DNA of 64,000 nucleotides from Haliotis cracherodii (Eukaryota): NCBI RefSeq assembly GCF_022045235.1, contig NW_027266268.1, positions 6,138,001 to 6,202,000 of the forward strand, read 5' to 3'. Shown piece by piece: positions 1 to 9,900 of this stretch (position 1 is its first letter; each line of letters starts with the position of its first letter). The notes under the pieces were generated by a model. It saw only the letters and a program-made list of their open reading frames with translations, ran no database searches and was not told where the DNA came from. The position numbers and the translations under genes were made by a program.

Positions 1-124
1 ATCTCCAATGCCAATCATTCTCAAATAAAACCTGATCAAGAATCATTAAGAACTTGATTATCCTCTTCACGTGATGGAGACAACAATCTTAGCAACATTG
101 TCAAGGTATCATTTCTGTTTTCAT

Positions 125-1135
125 TCACCAGTCTCCATCGTCATCATCGCAAACGGCCAGAAATTCAGGACGAGAAAGCACCTTCTTCCAGAGATCTGGT
201 TGTGTAATGAACTCCTCAAAACTGTCAAGCAAACTCTTAAGAGGTATCCCGATCTCTGCTATATCATGCATGATGGCTGTGGCATCATTTAGTACCTCTG
301 CTCGTCCCGACACTTTACCCAGACGAGTCATCACCTTCCTCAACGCTGTTAAGGATCGATTTTGCTCGTTAATGTCCTTCCTGTATGTAGAAATATTCTT
401 CTGAGTCAATTTCATTTCTTCTTCCATTTTAATCTTTTCTATTTCACGTCTCATGATATCACCTTGAGCATTTTCACGAGCTTTTGCCATCTCACATACA
501 GTGTCTTCAGCACTGGATAAAGCTGATTTGGCTGAGTCAAGGCGATATTCTGCATTATCAACATGTTGTTTGAGTGTCGTCTCAGAAACTTCCAAGAGTG
601 TGGATCCGACAAAAGGTATCCAACTTGTCGCCTTTCCTACCCCCCGAACTGCTTCTCTAGTTACACTGGCCAGTTCGTACTCCCTTGTTGCCTTTGCGAC
701 ACTTTTCTTTGATTCCTCCATATCCTTTTGAGCACTTTCAACCTTCTTTCTCAGTTCCTTGAGTGTTTTTGATAATGTCTCCAGTGAATCGTTCAAGCCT
801 GCCAGAGATTTAAGAATTTCTTCGTGTCTCCTCTGCATGTTTGATAGTTCTGCTTCCTCTTCCCGACACTTTTTGGTTTGACGACGGATGTGGTTTTCTA
901 ACTCACTTTCAGCCTGTGAGAAAGCTGCACTAGCATTTTCTATGTTTAGTTTGACATTGTAATATCTTAACTGCAGTGCAGCAATTAGTTGGTCAATGAA
1001 TTGGATACCGGTCTTGTACTGGGTCACCTGTAATCCAGCCATTAGTTTGTCAATGAACTGGAGACCCATCTGGAACTGCGACACGACCACACTGGGCACT
1101 TGTCGCTCACATACTCCAAACGATACCATCGCCAT
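125..1135 (-). CDS. Uncharacterised 336-aa coiled-coil protein with a central Gly-rich hydrophobic hairpin (AVRGVGKATSWIPFVGSTLL); single coding exon
   Basis: Non-repetitive 3' part of ORF 125..2056. The ATG at 1135 lies 3 nt after a polypyrimidine/CAG acceptor (ctccttttcag|AAGATG, acceptor 1141-1139). Long heptad-rich E/K/Q/A helices; TGA stop at 125-127. Confidence 0.8.
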   Translation of the reverse strand: MAMVSFGVCERQVPSVVVSQFQMGLQFIDKLMAGLQVTQYKTGIQFIDQLIAALQLRYYNVKLNIENASAAFSQAESELENHIRRQTKKCREEEAELSNMQRRHEEILKSLAGLNDSLETLSKTLKELRKKVESAQKDMEESKKSVAKATREYELASVTREAVRGVGKATSWIPFVGSTLLEVSETTLKQHVDNAEYRLDSAKSALSSAEDTVCEMAKARENAQGDIMRREIEKIKMEEEMKLTQKNISTYRKDINEQNRSLTALRKVMTRLGKVSGRAEVLNDATAIMHDIAEIGIPLKSLLDSFEEFITQPDLWKKVLSRPEFLAVCDDDDGDW

Positions 1136-1178
1136 CTTCTGAAAAGGAGGAGCTGAATGAATTTTCAGTTGTTGTTCG

Positions 1179-1570
1179 CCTTCCCCTACATTCGTCCACC
1201 CCTCCCCTACATTCGTCCACCCCTCCCCTACATTCGTCCACCCTTCCCCTACATTCATCCACCCTTCCCCTACATTCGTCCACCCTTCCCCTACATTCGT
1301 AATTCCCCCCCTACATTCGTCTACCCCTCCCCTACATTCGTCCACCCCTCCCCTACCCATCCCACCAAAACACCCACCACCACACCCACCCACCCACCAC
1401 CACACCCAAACCCACCACCACACCCACACCATCCTCCACACACCCACACCCACCCACACCCACACACACCCACACCCACACACACCCACACACACCCACA
1501 CCCACACCCACACCCACACACACACACACGCCCACCCCTCCCCTACATTCGTCCACCCCTCCCCTACCCA
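1179..1570. repeat. 21-bp tandem repeat (CCCCTACATTCGTCCACCCCT) interrupted by CA/CCA-rich low-complexity sequence
   Basis: Units read directly at 1179-1357 and 1533-1568. Confidence 0.9.
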
Positions 1571-1598
1571 TCCCACGAACACACACACAACCACCACA

Positions 1599-1731
1599 NN
1601 NNNNNNNNNNNNNNNNNNNNNNNNNNNNNNNNNNNNNNNNNNNNNNNNNNNNNNNNNNNNNNNNNNNNNNNNNNNNNNNNNNNNNNNNNNNNNNNNNNNN
1701 NNNNNNNNNNNNNNNNNNNNNNNNNNNNNNN
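1599..1731. other. Assembly gap (N run)
   Basis: Run of n. Confidence 1.
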
Positions 1732-1822
1732 ACATCCAAAAACACACGTCCAAAAAACACACACATCCAAAAACACACACACACCCCACACCTACCACCC
1801 ACCACCCCACACACACACACCC

Positions 1823-3995
1823 AGGGTGTGTGTACGTAGAGGCGGGGTATATATATGTAGAGGCAGGATGTGTGTATGCAGAGGCAGGTGTATGTATGTA
1901 GAGGTAGGGTGTGTGTATGCAGAGGCAGGGTGTATGTATGCAGATGCAGGGTGTATGTATGTAGAGGCAGGTTCTATGTATGTAGAGGCAGGGTATATGT
2001 ATGTAGGGACAGGGTATTTGTATGTACATGTGTATGTAGAGGCAGGTTGTGTGCATGTATGTAGAGGCAGGTTGTATGTATGTAGAGGCAGGGTGTATGT
2101 ATGTAGAGGCATGGTATATGTTTGTAGAGGCAGGGTGTGTGTATGTTGAGGCAGGGTATATGTATGTAGAGGCACGGTATATGTATGTAGGGACAGGGTA
2201 TATGTATGTAGAGGCAAGGTATATGTATGTAGAGGCAGGGTATATGTATGTAGAGGCAGGGTGTATGTATGTAGAGGCAGGGTGTATGTATGTAGAGGCA
2301 TGGTGTATGTATGTAGAGGCAGGGTATATGTATGTAGAGGCAGGGTGTATGTATGTAGATGCAGGTTGTATGTATGTAGAGGCAGGGTGTATGTATGTAG
2401 AGGCAGGGTATGTGTATGTAGAGGCAGACTGTATGTATGTAGAGGCAGGGTGTGTGCATGTATGTACATGAAGAGGTAGGGTATATGTATGTAGAGGCAG
2501 GGTGTATGTATGTAGAGGCAGGGTATATGTATGTAGGGACAGGGTATATGTATGTAGAGGCAGGTTCTATGTATGTAGAGGCAAGGTATATGTATGTAGG
2601 GACAGGGTATATGTATGTAGAGGCAGGGTGTATGTATGTAGAGGCAGGATGTATGTATGTAGAGGCAGGGTATATATATGTAGAAGCAGGGTATATATAT
2701 GTAGAGGCAGGGTGTGTGCATGTATATAAAGGCAGGTTGTATCTATGTAGAGGCAGGTTGTATCTATGCAGAGGCAGGGTAATTATGTATGTATGTAGAG
2801 GCAGGGTGTATGTTTGTAGAGGCAGGGTGTGTGTATGTAGAGGCAGGGTATATGTATGTAGAGGCAGGGTGTATGTATGTAGAGGCAGGGTGTATGTATG
2901 TAGAGGCAGGGTGTGTGTATGTAGAGGCAGGGTATATGTATGTAGAGGCAGGGTGTATGTATGTAGAGGCAGGGTATATGTATGTAGAGGCAGGGTATGA
3001 GTATGTAGAGGCAGGGTGTATGTATGTAGAGGCAGGTCCTATGTATGTAGAGGCAGGATGTGTGTATGTAGAGGCAGGGTAGATGTATGTAGAGGCAGGG
3101 TTTATGTATGTAGAGGAAGGGTTTATGTATGTAGAGGCAGGTTCTATGTATGTAGAGGCAGGGTGCATGTATGTAGAGGCAGGTTCTATGTATGTAGAGG
3201 CAGGGTGGATTTATGTAGAGGCAGGGTGAGTATGTGGAAGCAGGGTATATGTATGTAGAGGCATGGTGTATTTATGTAGAGGCAGCGTATATGTATGTAG
3301 AGGCAGGGTGTGTGTATGTAGAGGCAGGGTATATGTATGTAGAGGCAGGGTATGAGTATGTAGAGGCAGGGTATGAGTATATGGAGGCAGCGTATATGTA
3401 TGTAGAGACAGGGTATATGTATGTAGAGGCAGGGTATGAGTATGTGGAGGCAGCGTATATGTATGTAGAGGAAGGGTATATGTATGTAGAGGTAGAGGCA
3501 GGGTATATGTATGTAGGGGCAGGGTATATGTATGTAGAGGCAGGGTATGAGTATGTGGAGGCAGGGTATATGTATGTAGAGGCAGGTTGTATCTATGTAG
3601 AGGCAGGTTGTATCTATGTAGAGGCAGGTTGTATCTATGTAGAGGCAGGTTGTATCTATGTAGAGGCAGGTTGTATCTATGTAGAGGCAGGTTGTATCTA
3701 CGTAGAGGCAGGGTAATTATGTATGTATGTAGAGGCAGGGTGTATGTATGTAGAGGCAGGGTGTGTGTATGTAGAGGCAGGGTATATGTATGTAGAGGCA
3801 GGTTGTATGTATGTAGAGGCAGGGTGTATGTATGTAGAGGCAGGGTGTATGTATGTAGAGGCAGGTCCTATGTATGTAGAGGCAGGATGTGTGTATGTAG
3901 AGGCAGGGTAGATGTATGTAGAGGCAGGGTTTATGTATGTAGAGGCAGGGTTTATGTATGTAGAGGCAGGGTATATGTATATAGGGGCAGGGTTT
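1823..3995. repeat. 21-bp minisatellite (GTATGTATGTAGAGGCAGGGT), about 100 units, intronic
   Basis: Direct inspection; it explains the YVEAG/YVCRGR/HTPCLY repetitive ORFs. Confidence 0.95.
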
Positions 3996-4038
3996 ACGCA
4001 AATAAAATAACTATTTGGTAGCGAGTGAGTGTACTTAC

Positions 4039-4157
4039 GGTCTGTTGTGAAGCGAGGAACATGAGAAATGTCACGTGAAACACTTTCGAGTATTTTATAT
4101 AAGACTCCGCTAAGATTTCCTGGAAATCCAGATTTCCAACAAGCGACTGGTTTTCCC
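4039..4157 (-). promoter_or_regulatory. Probable promoter and short non-coding first exon of the coiled-coil gene (intron 1139..4038)
   Basis: On the minus strand: donor GTAAGT at 4038-4033; TATATAAAA at 4101-4093; palindromic GAS GATTTCCTGGAAATC at 4114-4128; GGGAAAACCA (Rel/Dorsal-type) at 4157-4148; TCACGTGA E-box at 4071-4078. Confidence 0.6.
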
Positions 4158-5224
4158 ACATTCAACAATCCTCAGGGAATGAGCCATCGCCAGAAAACAG
4201 CTATTTATAGAAGAGGCCAACAGCCAGGGCTCTCTGTGGCTGCTGGAGTACTCTGTCGCCCAGACCCTTGAGATAAAGGTCAGTAAACCACTTGTGGACC
4301 ATTAACATTAGGAGATAGCATGTGAATTCAAACTGGGCAGGATTTATCGAGAGTTCTGAACTTACTGCCCTTGAGAAGCAGATTACAAAGAATCATTATG
4401 TTTTTTTGAAAATTGGGATAATTACAGTCCGAGTTATGTTCAAATCAAGACGTGTTTAAACATTCCATGCAATAATGTGTAATACGTTATTTAACCCTTT
4501 AGACTTCTGCAGCTCTCCCAGTTATCAGTGAAATACAAAACCCCATTGTAAACATGCTTGTGATGCAGAAGGGACACTGACGTGATTATGGTCAGGTTTT
4601 GTCGTTTTTATTAATGTATTATTCTCAAACCATAACATTAATTATCACCACAATAACAGGTATTCGGGTGTTTAATTCCATTTTGGAATTTGAACTGACA
4701 TTTGCTGCAGATTTGGGGCCGAATATCTTTTTGTTTGTTTGTTGTTTCGCCTCTTACTACAATTAGACCAAAGCTCCTTTGTTATAAACGTGGTCTAACC
4801 AACGTCATTTTCAGTAAGACCACGGACGGAACTACTTTTTTCCAAGCAAAGTAGCTCCAGTCGTGTCAGGAAATTTCTGACTGGATGCATATTCTACTTC
4901 TAGCCATACAGGTATTATTTAAGAGACTACAACTGACCAGAAATAGAATAAGAAAAGAACAAGGTCATAGATAAACTGAATCTCTTTATATTCACTTAAA
5001 CTTACAGTTGATCTCATTGGGTGACACGGAATAGGCGATCCCTTGAAGTTAATAACCATGTCACGTGATGTTGATGTTGAACTCCACCTTGACAGGTCGA
5101 GAGCCTCTGACATCCATCGCCGCATACTTTGCCGTTTCTGTGGATGGCGAAGTTGCAGTACTTGCAATTGTACGCTTGCGCAGACCCTGTACAATCTTGC
5201 TTACGTCACCCTCCTGCTAGTCAC

Positions 5225-6170
5225 TCTTGTATGACCTGATGGCAAAACGGACTGGGCATCGCAGTAACGCTATCAACTGCTCCTCAACACCTGACTGGTA
5301 GAGGCGTGTAGCGCACAAAGAATGGTTAGTGTAAAAACCTACAAAATAAACAGCTTTTTTTTTAGGTTACTGTCATGTCACTGATCTATTATACTGTAAA
5401 ATGATTTAAGCAAATCCACAAACATTTGAAAATCTTACATTTTGATCTACGGTTTGGAAACTATTACTGAAACATTATGTACAATGTACTAACCAGGAAA
5501 TCCAGCAGTGGCACACAATCGTCTCACTGTCTTCGTTAGATTATTTTGACCAATGGGACTGCAGGGGTACCACGTTTCCTGCCGGGGCTTCACTAATGGA
5601 CGCAAGTAGAAGGCATCTAGGGCGTGCGAAGGTCGTAGACTCAATACACTTGTTAGGGTCAGTACTCCTACATCTTTCAGTCCTCGTTGATTACATTTAC
5701 TGATGTATTCGGTGTAACGTAAATAATCTCCTTGATCATTCGATCCCAATTCGAACTGGTGGACACTCTACATTCTATGTTCATAGCCCGACCGCAGTGC
5801 AAAATTTAATCCAACCAAATACACCATCGTATCCAAGAGTGCTTAAGGGCATGATGATCCGAGAAATCCCTTTTTCCCCACAGAATCTGTTCCTGTTGTA
5901 CGGTAATGACGCTAGCTTGGCGTGAGCGCAATGCCATTCCCTTACCTGCCCTGTCTCATAGTATTGTCCAATGTAACTCGAACCTCTGTACACACTGTTT
6001 CAGAAAGAAACTGGACATCACGATTGTTGTTGTGCATTTGTATGAGTAAAACAAGTTGACGAACAGTCTTTGGTGGATAATCCGTACCATCCTGCTTCCG
6101 AACCTCGAGGATAAACCGACACATACAATAATTCAGTTCGTCGTCATTCGAATCCAATAGTTTACCATAT
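5225..6170 (-). mobile_element. Decayed Crypton-type tyrosine-recombinase transposon (DUF3504/ZMYM-KCTD1-like), retaining a GT-AG intron at 5339..5493
   Basis: Fragments ELNYCMCRFILEVRKQDGTDYPPKTV, FYLRPL...WY...PIGQNNLTKTVRRLCATAGFPG and, after the intron, FYTNHSL..CATRLYQSGVEEQLI. Multiple frameshifts and stops. Confidence 0.8.
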
Positions 6171-6832
6171 CGGTCTCAAAATCACTGATATCACTGTACT
6201 GGGGCAAGTAAGTAGATTTCCTTTCTTCGGAACAACTCATGTTGCTGCTTGCAAGGCAAATGGCTTCCCCAATTGACCATGTGGTTTCGAACTGCGCATG
6301 TCTTCGCCGAGACACTGCACGTGCATCATGTGATTCCCATGCGCACAGCATGTGCGAGCTTCATAACTCTTCTGCACAGAGACAGTTTCAACTGATGTGT
6401 GCGTTTTGCCACAATATAGTTCTCGAGCAAATTAAGAATAAAGCATTAGTTGATTAGTTGACTCAAATTAAGTCAATTTGTTAAATTATTTGAATTATTT
6501 GTGTTACTATGAAATCCTATGAGACACAATGAAAGTCCGAAATTGGCTTCACTCTTGTAAATTGTTTGAAGTGTGTGACTATTAAAGCCTATGACTATTT
6601 TGACATTGTCATTGGGAGAACTCAACCGTGACATTTGTGATGTTAAGGTATCTGACAAATAAGATGAGCTTTATAGATGACAACTTCACTCCAGTTTGAT
6701 AACGGTGTAAGAATGAACATAGAAACGTCGCTAGTGGCAGAAGTTGTTATCCATACCGTTGTACGTATTTCTAACCGATTTTCTATAATGTTAATCAAAC
6801 ACTTCAGACGAGACAGACTGCGTTTGGCAGAC

Positions 6833-6940
6833 AGTCGGACATGCACTCTACCGCCAAAATAAACCCCCAGAGTAACTGCCCTTTGTGTGCCAGACTGCAC
6901 GTAGACACTGTTGACAGATAGTGTGGACAAAGTCCAAACC
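6833..6940 (+). promoter_or_regulatory. Conserved FMO proximal upstream block (GTCGGACATGCACTCTACCGCC...CCCCAGAGTAACTGCCCTTTG), also before copies B, C and D
   Basis: Homologues at about 15715-15790, 33329-33390 and 48899-48980; largely deleted before the pseudo-exon at about 25328. Confidence 0.5.
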
Positions 6941-6960
6941 ATACCTTGGTAAGATTCAAA

Positions 6961-9900
6961 ATGGCGAAACGGGTTGCGATCATTGGAGCCGGGTGTAGCG
7001 GTCTCACTGCCATTAAATGTTGTGTAGACGAAAAGCTGGAACCGTTTTGTTTTGAGCGAACTGACGAGCTCGGGGGATTATGGAATTTTACGGAAAAAGT
7101 CCGCGAGGATCAGGGATGCGTGATGAAGTCGACTGTCATCAACACCAGCAAGGAGATGATGTGTTACAGCGACTTTCCTATACCTAAAGAGTACCCCAAT
7201 TTCATGCATAACACGCAGGTAAACGTACTTTTTATGTCACATGGGCCGATGTTTGTGTACATGGAATGGGCTCATTCGTGACCAACTCGTGTTATTCCGG
7301 GACAAGCCTTGCAGGTTACGAATGGGAATTTCTTCAATCTATGGAGGGGCGGTGGGGTAGCCTTGTGATTAAAGCGTTCACTCGTCACGCTGAAGACCCG
7401 GGTTCGATTCCCCACATGGGTACAATGTGTGAAGCTCATTCTGGTGTCCCCAGACGCAATCTTGCTAGAATATTGCTAAAAGCGTCGTGGAACCATACTC
7501 ACTCACTCAATCTATGGAAATCACTTTGCAATGCTCTATGACTTGATGTGCATTTGACAATATAGCACACCAACACAGTATCTGAAGCCAAGGAACATGT
7601 ATGGGTGAGGCATAAGTGAGACTTCTTGAGATCTGACATGGAATATATAGAGTAGACAAACTACGTCTTCGTAATGCTCCCACTATACCACAGCACACAT
7701 CTGCGCCTCTGTGTGTGTGTCCGTGTGTGTGTGTGTGTGTGTGTGGTTCAAAAACAACATACATAAATATTATATACTCAACAACAAAAGTTCCTGTGAC
7801 ACCAATATTTTAGTGTATTTTTCAAACAAGTAAAGTTAGGTTTTCAATATTGTAGTACATGTATGGAATCAAATCACAAAAACGCTACAGAAAAGCATGC
7901 ATTCCATGCAAAAGTGAACTTTTATGCAAACCCATGCATTTCACTACGCAAGGATGGGTATAAAAACATGCGTTAACGGGATTCCATATGCATTGTTTAG
8001 CATCATGCCTTTTTGTGATTGACGATATGGAGATCGACCTTTTAGGGTGACCCAGTCGTCTAAGGCGCCGCGATTCGCTGTGCAGAGTTGAGTCCCTTGT
8101 GCACCCTAGAAACCTATTTGGTTCGAATCCCGGTTCTTATATTTCCAGATTTGTCAGCACAATACCCGTGCTCGTGGGTTTCATCGAAGTGGTAAACGTC
8201 TGAGACCTGCATCACCTCGGGCTTTCCTCCCACATTAAGCTGACCACCGCGATATGACTGGAATACTGTTAAAAGCGGCGTTAAACCCAACTCACTCACT
8301 CACTCACTCACTCACTCACTCACAACGCCAAGCGTTATCTCACTTGATGATGACTCAGCTTATTTTGAGACCCACATAACGATCTATTTATAACGTACCT
8401 ACATCGCAAACGGGCACGACCTCGAGGCGGCTGACGGGATCTGGTGGACAGGCTCGCTGACATGGCTGATGCATTTTATCATGCATAATCCTGGTACAAT
8501 AGATTTCAATACAAGATTTATTTCTCACGATCCGCCTGCCCCGTCACCACATTTCGTCTCCGGACAGACTCACTCTCCACTAGACCGCTTTTAATTTTGA
8601 AATGCGCAGCTGTGGTGACAATTTTCAAAATTTTATTTCTTACTTAATAAATACATTTTGAAAAGTTTTCTTTGTTGTAGAGAGACACATATAGAACACA
8701 TTACGGTAAAACGATTTTCAGTAGAAATGAACAAGTGGAGATTGTGAGTTTCAGTGCTAACGGACGGACTGACCCCTGGTGGAGCGACCGACCCCTGGGG
8801 ACTGACTGTCACCTGGTGAAGGGACTGACCACTGGTGGACGGACTGCCCCTGGCGGACGTACTGACCCCTTGGGACGGGCTGACCACTGGCGGAGGGACT
8901 GACCCCTGGCGGAGGGACTGACCATTGACGGACGGACTGACCCCTGGCGGAGGGACTGACCTCTGGCGGACAGACTGACCCCTGGCGGAGGGACTGGTCC
9001 CTGGCGGAGGGACTGACCCCTGGCGGAGGGACTGACCACTGGCGGAGGGACTGATCCCAGGTGGAGGGACTGACATCTGGCGGACGGACTGACCCCTGGC
9101 GGAGGGACTGACCCGTGGCGGAAGGACTGACCACTGACGGACGGACTGATCACTGGCGGACGTACTGACCCCTTGGGACGGACTGACTTCTGGCGGAGGA
9201 ACTGACCACTGGCGGACGGACTGACCCCTGGCGGAGGGACCGACCACTGACGGAGGGACTGACCAGTGGCGGAGGGACTGACCACTTACGGACGGACTGA
9301 CCACTGACGGATGGACTGACCACTGGCGGAGGGACTGACCCCAGGCGGACGGACTGACCACTGACGGACGGGCTGACCCCTGGCGGACGGGTTGACCACT
9401 GACGGACGGGCTGACCCCTGGCGGAGGGACTGACCACTGACGAACGGACCGATCACTGGCGGACGGGTTGACCCCTGGCGGACGGACTGACTACTGACGG
9501 ACGGGCTGACCCCTGGCAGACGGGCTGACCACTGACGGACGGGCTGACCCCTGGCGGACAGACTGAACCCTGGCGGGCGGACTGACCTGGGACACCCATA
9601 CCATAAGCATTCATTCATGATATCGAAGACGAAGATGTTTATTTTCTCATGAATCACGGTGGTAACATAAATAAATTGACAAGCAGAACATGTCTACACA
9701 GTAATGTGACAACAGTGAGTGGAGCAAGCACAGTCCACATTTAACAGAGCTAATCGTAAGAGAAGAGGTTTATAAGAGCATGCCATAAGTGACATAATGT
9801 TTTTCGGGACTAACTGAACTTTTATTTCCACTCAGGTGGCTATTAGCGGTATCAGAGGTACACAATCTTTTCAACAAATAGAGTGAGTGAGTGAGTGTGT

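Noticed and set aside
1139-3995. N-terminal half of the 643-aa ORF and the many Cys/Tyr/His-rich ORFs
   Set aside because: Translations of 21-bp tandem repeats and an N gap; the real CDS starts after the acceptor at 1139.
8633-9657. Pro/Ser-rich minus-strand ORFs
   Set aside because: Translation of a GC-rich tandem repeat, open in several frames.
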